Assembly: GCA_963693365.1 (NCBI GenBank)
Contig: CAVNZM010000010.1
Coordinates: 8,884,054-8,948,053, forward strand
Reading direction: 5' to 3'
Origin: Amoebidium appalachense
Taxonomy: Eukaryota > Protista > Ichthyosporea
Length of the DNA: 64,000 nucleotides
Numbering within the stretch: the first letter of the stretch is position 1; each line of letters opens with the position of its first letter. The translations under genes and the position numbers were made by a program. A model generated the notes under the pieces. It had not been told where the DNA came from, ran no database searches, and saw nothing but the letters and a program-made list of their open reading frames with translations. Positions 26,420 through 36,557 of the stretch are shown here, piece after piece.

Positions 26420-28345
26420 TCAGCACATGTTGAGCATCCCCACGGCCTTGGTGAAGAAAGAGGCAGACAGGGCCTTGGTGAACATGTCGGCCTTGTTGTC
26501 AGCAGAAGCCACCGGGACCACAGTGATGTTGCCCAGCAGGTGATGTTCCTTGACGGAGCAGTAGCGGACGTCGATGTGCTTGGTCTTGGGCTTAACCCCC
26601 AGGGTGTCCAGCAGGGCCCGGGCAGACTCATTGTCCCCATGGATGGGCACCGGGGTGGGCTCATCGATAGGATTAAGGCCCAGGTCGTCCATCACATAGT
26701 TGAGCCATATGGCCTCGTTCGTAGCAGCAGACATGGCCACAAATTCAGCCTCAGTGGAGCTGTGGGTGGTGATGGACTGGAGCCGAGACACCCAGGACAC
26801 AGGGGAGGAGTTGATGAAGAAGACATAGCCCGTGGTGGAGCGCCGGGTGTCGCGGTCCTCGGCGTAGTCGGAGTCGGAGTAGCCAACAAGGGTGGGGGGG
26901 CCGGGACGGTAGACAATACCCAGGTCGATGGTGGCCAGCAGGTAGCTTACAACTCTGGTAGCCATAGTCCAGTGGGTGACGGTGGGCGCATGAATGTGTC
27001 GAGTAAGGACTCCCAGAGCCTGGGAAATGTCGGGGCGGGTGGTACGCGCAATCCACAGCAGGGCACCGACCAGGCTGGCATAGTCCTCCTTCTTGCTGTG
27101 GGCTGGGGTCTTGTTGCTTTCACTGGCCTGGCCCGGGACGATGGGGGTCTTGGTGCCGGACATGTGGGTGAGACGAAAACGGGCAGCCAAGTCGATGATG
27201 TGTTGACGATGGCCCAGACGCAGAGACCCGTCCTCCAGCCAGGTAAGAGTGTGCCCGATGAGCAGGGTAGGACGACCCAGGTCCTTGGCAGAGAAACGAG
27301 CATCCAGCTTGGTGAAAAAATCGTCGATGAGCGCATCAGTGGCGGCCGTCACGGTGAAGTCATCCACGTAGGCAGCAAGGGCAATAAACGTTGGGGTCCC
27401 GGCATTCTTGATGAACAGGCACGGGTCAGCAGCACTCACAATGAAGCCTTGGTCGAGGAGATGGTCACGGAGGGCCTCATACCACTGGCGCGGTGCCTGT
27501 TTTAGGCCGTAGAGCGCCTTGTGGAGCAAGCCGACAGCATGGGGGGCCGAGGGGTTGACGAAGCCAGGGGGCTGCTCAATGTAGATGGTCTCGTTGACGG
27601 TGCCGTTGAGGAATGCTGTGTTGACGTCGATGTGGCGCAGAGGCAGACCTTGGGCCACGGAGGTAGCCAAAACCAGCCGGATGGTAGCCAGCGCAGCCAC
27701 AGGTGACTCGGTGACGAAATAGTCCTGGCCAGGCTGCTGGTAGTTGCCCCGGGCCACAAGCCGGGCCTTGAAAGCAGTGACGTTGCCGACGTTGTCCTGC
27801 TTGACCGTAAAGACCCAGCCGACCGGAATGACAGTGGAGCCATCCTCTGGACGGGGCACAAGGGTGAAGGTGCCGTTGTCTTCCAGGGCCTTGAGCTCAC
27901 GGTGTGCAGCCTCCTCCCATTTCAGACGCTGGGGACTCTTGAGTGCAGCCCGGACAGTCTTGGGGACAACAATGGTGGAAGCCTTGATGGGTGTTGATGC
28001 AGGAGCCGTAGCCTGGGAGGCAAGGGGGGCCGTAGCAGCAGCCACGTTGGCAGTCGGGCCTCGACGTTGGTCGTTGTACACAGCGCCACTACGGGTCGTT
28101 ACACCGGGGGAGCCGATGTGCAGGCTCGGGCAGGATCGGAATGTCCAATTGATCACTCGGCGCTGTCCCATTGGCTGACAGACGAGACGAATCAGATTGC
28201 TGATCATTCCGGACGATGTGATTGGCTGGCTGATTTGACGAATCAGATGACTCCAAAAAATGATGAATTGCCGGTGCGGTCGACCAATCAGATGGGACAT
28301 CACGGAGGGGGTGCAGAATAGCAGCCTCGTCGAACTGCACGTCAC
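26420..28345 (-). CDS. Copia reverse transcriptase + RNase H (second reading frame of pol)
   Basis: KARLVARG, HIDVNTAFLNG, LHKALYGLKQAPRQW, YVDD, TRPDI, GYSDSDYAED, SSTEAEF and KHIDVRY. The true entry point into this frame is unknown. Confidence 0.95.
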   Translation of the reverse strand: MTCSSTRLLFCTPSVMSHLIGRPHRQFIIFWSHLIRQISQPITSSGMISNLIRLVCQPMGQRRVINWTFRSCPSLHIGSPGVTTRSGAVYNDQRRGPTANVAAATAPLASQATAPASTPIKASTIVVPKTVRAALKSPQRLKWEEAAHRELKALEDNGTFTLVPRPEDGSTVIPVGWVFTVKQDNVGNVTAFKARLVARGNYQQPGQDYFVTESPVAALATIRLVLATSVAQGLPLRHIDVNTAFLNGTVNETIYIEQPPGFVNPSAPHAVGLLHKALYGLKQAPRQWYEALRDHLLDQGFIVSAADPCLFIKNAGTPTFIALAAYVDDFTVTAATDALIDDFFTKLDARFSAKDLGRPTLLIGHTLTWLEDGSLRLGHRQHIIDLAARFRLTHMSGTKTPIVPGQASESNKTPAHSKKEDYASLVGALLWIARTTRPDISQALGVLTRHIHAPTVTHWTMATRVVSYLLATIDLGIVYRPGPPTLVGYSDSDYAEDRDTRRSTTGYVFFINSSPVSWVSRLQSITTHSSTEAEFVAMSAATNEAIWLNYVMDDLGLNPIDEPTPVPIHGDNESARALLDTLGVKPKTKHIDVRYCSVKEHHLLGNITVVPVASADNKADMFTKALSASFFTKAVGMLNMC

Positions 28346-30722
28346 GGCTGACGGTCATCTTGTGTGCTGCTGGAATCCAGACCTTGTAGCCCTTGATGTT
28401 AGGAGGGTAGCCCACGAAGATGCCCTTGACGGCACGAGGCGCCAGTTTCGGTGTATCCTGTTGATGGACGTAGCAGGGAGAGCCCCAGACACGGAGCCGG
28501 CTGTAGTCGGGAGGAATGCCGGTCCACAGCAGGGCGGGAGACGATTGGCTGCCGGTGGCTCGCGACGGGAGCATGTTGCGTATAAAAGCCGCGGTCACAG
28601 CTGCCTCGGCCCAGAATCCCACCGGAAGGCCGGACTGCTGCAGGAGTGCCCGAACCATGTCGAGGAGGGTCCGGTTCAGTCGTTCGGCAGTCCCATTCTG
28701 TTGAGGAGAGCCGGTGGTAGTGATCTGATGGCGAATGCCGTGCTCACGGTTGTAGTCCCCGAAGGCCGTGCCCATGTACTCGCCCCCCCCGTCGGACTGA
28801 AACACCTGCATGGGAACACCGTGTTGGGTAACCGCCGCCTTGTGGTACGTCACATATGCAGCCAGTGTGTCCGACTTCTTGACGAGGGGCACGGCCGTGG
28901 TGTGGCCGGTGAAGTCGTCGTGGAACGTCGCCAAGTACTGAGCACCACCGATCGCGGGAGGGAAGGGGCCGCTGATGTCGCTGTGAACCTTGGCTAGGAC
29001 CCGGGGAGCTTGGCTGGTTGATTCGGAGAAGGCAACACGGTGGGCTTTGCCGAGGGCACAGGGCTCACACACACCCGGAGACTTGGCACCGCCACCCACC
29101 AATAGGCCTGCAGACTTGATGACCGAGCGTACAGCGTCAATGCCAGCATGGCCCAGACGGTAGTGCCACGTGTTGAGGTCGGCAGTAACCTTGAGGATAC
29201 GCGGAGCAGTGGTGGTTTGGGCGTCCGGGGTTGTGTCCGCGCGCAGAAGAGACACCGCCATGTGGTACAGCTTGGTGCCGACAGCCGAGCCGGTGGCCAG
29301 AATTTGATCGCCGTAGCACAACTTAACGCCGCCGCGGGTGTCAAAGCGGGGTAAAACGCCGTTGGTAGATGCCGTGAACACACTGATGAGAGTGTCGGGG
29401 ATGGAGGGCACGTAGAGTACATCCGTCAGCTGATGCACCGCAGTAACGCCGTCGATGGTGCTGGAAAAGAACACGTCGCCCACCCCAAGCACTGCACATG
29501 CACCCTTGTCGGCTACTTGGACCGTGGAGTAAGGCGCCGCACGCATGTTGACGAACACATCGGGCCGGGGGCACACATGGTCAGTGGCTCCAGAGTCGAG
29601 GAGCACCTTGTTGGTGCCACAGTCGTTGCTAGACATGAGGAAAGCCCGGGGAGCGGCAGCCCCCCCCTTGCACTGTGCCGTAGTGTGGGTAGTAGAGGCA
29701 GGGTGGTTGATGCAGGACCCAGGCGGGAGGGGACCACCCTTAGGTTTGCGGCCGTTGGCACGGTTGCCCCCCTTGCACATGGCGGTAGTGTGACTGGTAA
29801 ACAGTGGGTGGTTGACGCAGGAACCCTTGGGGTAGGTGCTGGCACGGTTGTTGCCAGAGTTGCTGTGTTGGCCGTTGCCGTTGGGGCACTGAGACTTGAT
29901 GTGGCCTGGTTTGCCGCAGCCGTGGCAGATGACAGGTTGAGGAGCCCGTGTGGTGAAGGCGGCCGGCCCGGAGCTGGTAGTCACACGTGCACGTGGGTGG
30001 CTGGTCTCATATGCCCGTAGCTGTTGGAGGAGGCCCATTACGGTAGGCTTGGGTGTCATCTTGTAGGCAATGACAGGCATTTCGTAGTAAGGCACCTTGC
30101 CGAGGTCGTTGGTGAGCTTGGTCAGCACTTGAGCATCACCAATTTGTGTGCCGTAATCGGCCAGGCGCCGCACGTAGCCGCGGAGCTTCATGGCGTATTT
30201 CGTCGCGGTGTCCGTAGGTTCAGGCGTAGAATTCATGTACAGCCCGATAAGGTCGTGCTGATTGGCCTCAGATTGCTCCAGGTAGTGGGCAGATAGGGCC
30301 GACCATATCTCCGCAGGTGTGGTGGTGCGTGTTAACCCTAGGATACAACGCACGTCAACCGAGAGTGCTTGCCACAGGTAGGAACGGGCAGTGTCGACCT
30401 GTTCACGGGTAGCCGGGTGCTCCGTACTGGGCGCGATGGTGTGGAGAAGACCAGCACCAGAAAGCTGGACATACATGGTTTCGGCCCATGTGTGGTAGTC
30501 CGTGCCTGAATCATTATCAATGCCAGTGAAGAGAGGGATGTCGACCTTGAACTTGATGGAATCATTACGTGAGGGGCCCATAACCCTGTTGGACATCGTG
30601 TTCATAGAAGCTAGTTCTAGTGCACGTTGTTCCTTCTGTAAGTCAGAAATGATTGCATCTTGTGAGGCCAACCTCTGCTCCAGTAGTTGGACTAGTTGCT
30701 GCAACTGTAAGTTGTCAGACAT
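28089..30722 (-). CDS. Copia Gag-protease-integrase
   Basis: Zn knuckle CHGCGKPGHIKSQC, protease LLDSGATDH, WHYRLGH...CEPC, and integrase HSDISGP / QSDGGGEY / QQNGTAERLNRT. Confidence 0.96.
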   Translation of the reverse strand: MSDNLQLQQLVQLLEQRLASQDAIISDLQKEQRALELASMNTMSNRVMGPSRNDSIKFKVDIPLFTGIDNDSGTDYHTWAETMYVQLSGAGLLHTIAPSTEHPATREQVDTARSYLWQALSVDVRCILGLTRTTTPAEIWSALSAHYLEQSEANQHDLIGLYMNSTPEPTDTATKYAMKLRGYVRRLADYGTQIGDAQVLTKLTNDLGKVPYYEMPVIAYKMTPKPTVMGLLQQLRAYETSHPRARVTTSSGPAAFTTRAPQPVICHGCGKPGHIKSQCPNGNGQHSNSGNNRASTYPKGSCVNHPLFTSHTTAMCKGGNRANGRKPKGGPLPPGSCINHPASTTHTTAQCKGGAAAPRAFLMSSNDCGTNKVLLDSGATDHVCPRPDVFVNMRAAPYSTVQVADKGACAVLGVGDVFFSSTIDGVTAVHQLTDVLYVPSIPDTLISVFTASTNGVLPRFDTRGGVKLCYGDQILATGSAVGTKLYHMAVSLLRADTTPDAQTTTAPRILKVTADLNTWHYRLGHAGIDAVRSVIKSAGLLVGGGAKSPGVCEPCALGKAHRVAFSESTSQAPRVLAKVHSDISGPFPPAIGGAQYLATFHDDFTGHTTAVPLVKKSDTLAAYVTYHKAAVTQHGVPMQVFQSDGGGEYMGTAFGDYNREHGIRHQITTTGSPQQNGTAERLNRTLLDMVRALLQQSGLPVGFWAEAAVTAAFIRNMLPSRATGSQSSPALLWTGIPPDYSRLRVWGSPCYVHQQDTPKLAPRAVKGIFVGYPPNIKGYKVWIPAAHKMTVSRDVQFDEAAILHPLRDVPSDWSTAPAIHHFLESSDSSNQPANHIVRNDQQSDSSRLSANGTAPSDQLDIPILPEPAHRLPRCNDP
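30573..30586 (-). promoter_or_regulatory. Primer-binding site, internal (half) tRNA-iMet type
   Basis: Minus strand reads GGGTTATGGGCCCC immediately inside the 5' LTR. It matches the GGTTATGGGCCC PBS known from Drosophila copia-type elements. Confidence 0.8.
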
Positions 30723-31352
30723 AGTGTCGTGTATGATGGGTAACTTGTCTATGTGTTTTGTGCACTGAAAACGACAGTAGAAAAGTGTAAATCAAACGTT
30801 CTGCTTCCCATGTTTGTGACATGGGAGGCACTGCTTTATATAGTCGTTGGCCACCTCATGGTGGCCTCGTGTGCACCCTGGTGGTGGGCCATGTACAGCA
30901 TGGCCGAAAAGAGAGCACAATGAAAAACAAGTCGTTAAAGATATAAAAGTTAACTGTGCACGTTGAGTGGCTAGTTAACTTGCACTAAAGCACACAAATA
31001 AACGTGTTTAACACACCAATTGCAGTTAAACGTAAATCTTACTTCACACAACTAAAAATATTCTGAGAATATCCGGGAATAAAGCACACTACCACTCTAA
31101 GAATAGAATCCTGTGGCAAATATAGACATGACATCATCTGAACCGGGAATATTAATTAATGAGCACAATTAGCACGTTGCTAGTGAAGCTCGTCATTGGT
31201 ACAGTTTTGGCTCAAACATATAACTACCATATATGAATATGACCGTAAACAAAAGCTCTATGCACTCGAGTGAGTGTTGAAACAATTATTCAATTGCTCA
31301 GAAACTTTCTCTAACAGACATTGCTAGCCGGGAGTACCAGTGTACTCCAACA
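30587..31352 (-). repeat. 5' LTR of copia element (contains gag start codon)
   Basis: Near-identical to 25469-26234; one mismatch seen by eye (AATACAGAC vs AATATAGAC). Confidence 0.95.
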
Positions 31353-32080
31353 CACCCTCCCACGAACACTGTGGACACGATCATCATAATGTCGCCCCAA
31401 TACTTTATCATCTTTCGCGCTGATCGTCACGCATCATTGTTGGGTGGGGTCAAGGGAGAGAGAGATGTTTGGCCATTTGGGGGGGGGGGGGGGGGGGGGA
31501 TGTGTGGGGGGGGGGGGGGGGGGGGGACAGGGAGGGACCTTCTACCTCTGGGGTTAGCGCGGGGAGGGTGGCACGGGGAGGGAACCACCCACCCTCCGAG
31601 CTGATGGGTCGCTCCCCCCCCCCCCACCCCCCAACCTCTCCCCCCACCCCCCCACCCCCCCACCCCTCTCCCCCCTCCCTCCCTCCCACCCTCCCTTCCC
31701 ACCCCCCCCCCCCCCCCCCCCCCCCCACCCACCCACCCACCCCACCTCCCCATTCCTTCATCTCAAATGAATATAAGAGAAAGGGAGAGAATACGTCGTG
31801 ATACAATAAACTTCGGTGCATGCATATAATTATGGGGTTTACGCTGTTTACTCGAGGCAAAGAGAGACCAGTCTCAGGTATGGGGGGGTTTTGCTCGGAA
31901 TATCCCCTCAGCGGTATATCATGATCACGTACATAGCTGTCGGGTGATGATTATATATCAGGGTTTACTTTCTCTACGAGACACCATAAAGACTAAGAAA
32001 AATTAATTAGTCGAGGTTCCCCCCTTTTTTTTTTTTTTTTTTTTTTTTTGGGCTCCCCTGGGACACTCGGTATCAGCTGG

Positions 32081-32152
<72 letters not shown>

Positions 32153-33159
32153 GGATTTTGTAATGATGTGTTTCTCAAGCCAATCAATACATCTAATAAA
32201 CAGGTCGTATACGTAGTTTCGCGTGTTTAGTATAAAATCAAGGATGTTGTAATTTTTAGGTAGGCTATCTTTCTGGGTGTCTGTTGTGAATGTGACGTGT
32301 GTGTGTTGCGGTATTATGTGGTCTATTAAACTACATTTGGCGATACATGACCGTTTAAACTGGTGTGTATGTGTGTTGTTTGGGCATGCAAAGGATGCCA
32401 CCTTATACTTATTAGATCTCCACTGTATAGCACGTGTACAGTAAAAGCGTGGTCACAGTGTGATCAATAATACCATCAGCTAGAGAAAGACCAATTCTAC
32501 AGGAAGGTAATATGTATTTAGGTGTTACACATTTGCGAATGCCATATTTGGCAATATGGTTAAGGCGGCCATTATATATAAAACGAGACATAATTACGGC
32601 TTAGTTTTTCAAGGTGTATGCTTTCATCGGGTCTGGTGTCGTGTGGTATCTTTTTCCATTTGTTAGATTGCGTAATTATCTTGTGATTGTGTACATGTCT
32701 GATAAGTAAGTGGCAGTCCAAAGTCACACACTTTTGCGGGGTTTTTTTGTATTTGTGCCCGGGGGAATAGGAGAGAGAGAGGGAAGGAAAGAGGGGAGAG
32801 GTGAGGAGGGGACAGGTCGGATAGAGAAGAGAGGGTGGGAGGGCAAGTACTTCTTATGTGCTTATTGAATTTCAGCGCGAGATGGGAAATAGAGAAGACT
32901 ACCCTGAAAAACGTGGATGCCAGAGTCAGACGCTTTACAGCTAATCCAACCTCCAACAACAGGATATACGTTTAGAGTTTCAGGTACTCTGGTTTGCACC
33001 AGGTACCGGGGTTAGACTTTGAAACAGTACTGGCAGCAGATGATCATGAGTTAAGTAATAAACCGGAAAAAATGAAAGTAACTATATATTTCCTTGGTGA
33101 TTTCAATATAATAATGGATATCCAACAAATCCGGACTCGCTAGATTTTTTTTTTTTTTT

Positions 33160-33190
<31 letters not shown>

Positions 33191-34028
33191 GGGGGGGAGG
33201 GGGGGGGAGGGGGGGGGAGGGGGAGGGGGGAGGGGGGGGGGGGAGGGGGGGGAGGCTAGCGAAGAGCTAAGATCCACAAATTTACCTACACCAAAGTTGG
33301 AAGAAAGACAGAAGAGTACTTGAGAGGAATTTCTAGGAATCTTTCCAGACACCCCTTTTTCTCTTCGCAATTGTATGTTCACGGTTCCATGGTGTGTGAC
33401 TGTAGCCGGTGTGAGCACGTGCCACGTGGCACTATTGAAGCCCGTGGTTAGAAAGGCTGCCAAATATGGAATGATTAGGAGATCTAGATCTTGACGATGA
33501 CGACGGCGTGTAGGGATTGGCGGGCTGTTGTTCCAAGATCACCACAGCTTTTAGAGCCATATGTAGGTAATCAATACAGGGTAGGGATTACGAACAAAAA
33601 TCGTCGTAATTACGATTAACGAGAGACCCCGATACGAATAAGGTTGGGGTGCTGTCGTAACAGCTTTCGTATGGTAATTAGCGTAAAATATGCTCGACTA
33701 TCTAATCTTGCCTATTCTTTCGGTGTATTTCTGTTCAAGAACCTATCTGCAGCTCTCTTGCTGTGCAATATCGAGCCCCGACCATTGCTCAGGGCCTGTA
33801 ATCCTGTTATACTCAATTTGTGAAAATGCGCATTTTGGTATTTTGACTGGAGGGGCGTTTTCGACGGGGCTGAACGCTCCACAAGAACCCTCATACTTGC
33901 ATATCTTTCCGTCGAACAAATCCAGTCAAAAGAAAAAAAGAACCCCCCCATTACGATTAAGAAATAGTCCGTTACGATTGGCCCAAGGGCCATATGGTTG
34001 GGCTGGTCAACCCCAGCCAAGCTGCCCA

Positions 34029-34497
34029 ATTGGATTGGGCGATGGACTTGGTAAAGTTCGAATCGCGAAGGGCCGCCAGGCCCGGAGCCCGGAGCACGGC
34101 GCCCGGCCCGGCCCGCGCGGGGGTCTGGGGGGACGGCGTCTGGGGAGACGGGCGTGGGGCAGAGTGGCCCGGGTCTGGGGGGACGGGGTCTGGGGGGACG
34201 GGGGGTGAGCAGACCCGGGCCACTCTGCCCCACGCCCGTCTCCCCAGACGCCGTCCCCCCAGACCCCCGCGCGGGCCGGGCCGGGCGCCGTGCTCCGGGC
34301 TCCGGGCCCAGAGTTGCTCACCCCCCGTCCCCCCAGACCCCGTCCCCCCAGACCCGGGCCACTCTGCCCCACGCCCGTCTCCCCAGACGCCGTCCCCCCA
34401 GACCCCCGCGCGGGCCGGGCCGGGCGCCGTGCTCCGGGCTCCGGGCCTGGCGGCCCTTCGCGATTCGAACTTTACCAAGTCCATCGCCCAATCCAAT
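34029..34497. repeat. GC-rich long inverted repeat: 183-bp arms (34029-34211 / 34315-34497) with a third partial arm copy in the spacer
   Basis: ATTGGATTGGGCGATGGACTTGGTAAAGTTCGAATCGCG... is mirrored by ...CGCGATTCGAACTTTACCAAGTCCATCGCCCAATCCAAT. The ORF track gives the same peptide (LDWAMDLVKFESRR...) on both strands. Confidence 0.95.
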
Positions 34498-34892
34498 ATT
34501 GGACTAGTCACGTGGCCTGGTAACTTTGAGATCACACCACACCAACCACCTCCGATCCGATCGCGATCAATCTATTTCCCACTTCCCACTTTTCCTACTT
34601 AAAATCGAAAAAAAGAAAAAAAAAAGGAGACAAAACAAACGATACAGCATTACCCACTTTTAAGTGGGTAAGTGGCCAATGACAACAAACACTTATCGAT
34701 TTAAACCTAAAACACAACCATATAGTACTAGGGAACGGGGAACGGGGACATGCCAGGCACACGCGGCACACGAGGCACAGGAGGCACACGCGGCATGCGA
34801 GGCGCGCGTGCCTGCCAGGGGCCTCCCCGCCCCGCCCAGCCACGCCCAGCCCCGCCGGTGATGTGAAAAATATTATGTGTGCATAGACATGA

Positions 34893-35735
34893 ATGGCGAT
34901 CATGGATGATGAAATACACAACGCGCCACAATGGTGCAAATTTCTGGTTGCTCTGGGCATATACAAGCCTTTACAACTAATAACATGGTACAACAGCAAC
35001 ATTCAGAAGGGCAGTGGGTTCAGCCTGTTCTGGTATGACGCAAACGATGAGCCGGTGATGAACACGTGGAGTGAAGCCAATGAGATGCACGCGGTGGGTA
35101 CGGATACGATAAGAATGGGCGGAATCGATTGGTGTTTTTCCGAGGAGGACATGACCTGGGCAACACGTGTGGGCTGGGTACGCGATACCAAAGGCTACCT
35201 ACGACTCTACCTACCGGGCTGGAATCAACACGTGGCTGAGTCACCGGCTGCACACCAGTTGGTGTGCTATATCCAGGGCATTATCACCGAGAGTACGGAC
35301 TTCGAGATCGATCACCGAAACCAATCAGTAAAGGACAACCGACGGACCAATCTCTGCCCGCGACCAAAGGCCTATAACAAGTTCAAGAGACGAATCACAG
35401 GGCAGCCATGCCGGTTTGTGAACACCCGCGAAGGTTTCTTCGAGGTGCGGTTTCCAATGGTGCACAAGAAAGGGCAATACCACAAGATCGGCACATACAC
35501 CGACTACACGGAGGCCGTGCACGTGGCGAGAGCCCATTGGCGTGTTTACTGCACACAGGCACGTGGCTGGACCGACCCAAGCATGGTGCAAGACTTCGAG
35601 GTGTTGATGGAGCCACACATTCCAGAGCCGGAAGTGAAGCCAATCATCGCGCCCGGATTCGTGGCTGACGTCACTGCCCGACCCACCGGCAAGCTGTGTG
35701 TCCCGACCAACAGCATCACGCGCCTGTTTGCCTAA
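34893..35735 (+). CDS. HNH endonuclease with probable C-terminal AP2-like DNA-binding domain
   Basis: W-x(5)-GY, AHQLV and EIDHRNQSVKDNRRTNL (phage-type HNH motif), then FEVRF...YHKIGTYTDYTEAVHVARA resembling AP2 (LG.F.T.EEA). The stop overlaps AATAAA. Confidence 0.78.
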   Translation: MAIMDDEIHNAPQWCKFLVALGIYKPLQLITWYNSNIQKGSGFSLFWYDANDEPVMNTWSEANEMHAVGTDTIRMGGIDWCFSEEDMTWATRVGWVRDTKGYLRLYLPGWNQHVAESPAAHQLVCYIQGIITESTDFEIDHRNQSVKDNRRTNLCPRPKAYNKFKRRITGQPCRFVNTREGFFEVRFPMVHKKGQYHKIGTYTDYTEAVHVARAHWRVYCTQARGWTDPSMVQDFEVLMEPHIPEPEVKPIIAPGFVADVTARPTGKLCVPTNSITRLFA

Positions 35736-35877
35736 TAAAGTAAAGACAAGAAACCAATCAGAAACAGGCCGGGGAACGGGGAACGGGGAATGCACAGGAG
35801 GCACAGGAGGCACAGGAGGCACAGGAGGCACAGGAGGCACGGGAGGCACGCGGGGTGGGGTGAGAGAGAGAGAGAAA

Positions 35878-36018
35878 TAAGCTAAGTCTACACGAGAGAG
35901 AGAGAGAGAAAAAAGCTAAGTCTACACGAGAGAGAGAGAGAGAAAAAAGCTAAGTCTACACGAGAGAGAGAGAGAGAGAGAGAAAAGAGAGAGAGAGAGA
36001 AAAAAGCTAAGTCTACAC

Positions 36019-36058
<40 letters not shown>

Positions 36059-36145
36059 AAAAAGCTAAGTCTACACGAGAGAGAGAGAGAGAGAGAGAAA
36101 AGAGAGAGAGAGAGAAAAAAGCTAAGTCTACACGAGCTAAGTCTT
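35878..36145. repeat. Array of constant AAGCTAAGTCTACACGAG units separated by variable (GA)n/A tracts (6 full + 1 partial)
   Basis: Units at ~35881, 35914, 35949, 36006, 36064 and 36121, with a partial unit at 36136. Confidence 0.9.
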
Positions 36146-36149
36146 GACC

Positions 36150-36397
36150 CGGGCAGGGGGGGGGGCAGGTGAGGCAGGGGGGGGCAGGTGAGGCAGGGGG
36201 GGGGGACGTGAGGCAGGGGGGGGCAGATGAGGCAGGGGGGGGGGGCAGGGGGGGGCACGTGAGGCAGGTGAGGCAGGGGGGGGCACGTGAGGCAGGGGGG
36301 GCACGTGAGGCAGGGGGGGCACGTGAGGCAGGTGAGGCACGTGAGGCACGCGAGGCACGCGAGGCAGGGGGGCCGGGGGCCGGGGGGGGGGGGGGGT
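36150..36397. repeat. G-rich GAGGCA / GCACGTGAGGCAGGGGGG repeats
   Basis: Directly visible; G-quadruplex-prone and contains several CACGTG. Confidence 0.85.
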
Positions 36398-36557
36398 TTA
36401 TTTAAAAACAGGGATCTGTATATACTTCACGGGGGTTTATTTTAGCATACAATACGGGTATAACAATTCCCAACCCACATATTCTGATCGACATCAATGA
36501 TCTAAATTCGAGCATATAAATTCCAAAAGGTGAGTGTCGATTTTTTCTATATACAGG

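Larger units (their letters stand above)
25469..31352 (-). mobile_element. Full-length Ty1/copia LTR retrotransposon, recent insertion
   Basis: Two 766-bp TG...CA LTRs, 5-bp TSD CACCC (25464-25468 and 31353-31357), PBS, PPT, and gag-PR-IN-RT-RH domain order. Confidence 0.97.

Noticed and set aside
26390-30300. Plus-strand ORFs within the copia element
   Set aside because: Antisense shadows of GC3-rich gag-pol.
33690-34602. ORFs across the palindrome
   Set aside because: GC-rich palindromic sequence lacking stops gives mirror peptides on both strands.
35878-36145. Repeat-spacer array as CRISPR
   Set aside because: Spacers are only GA/A microsatellite and no cas genes are present.
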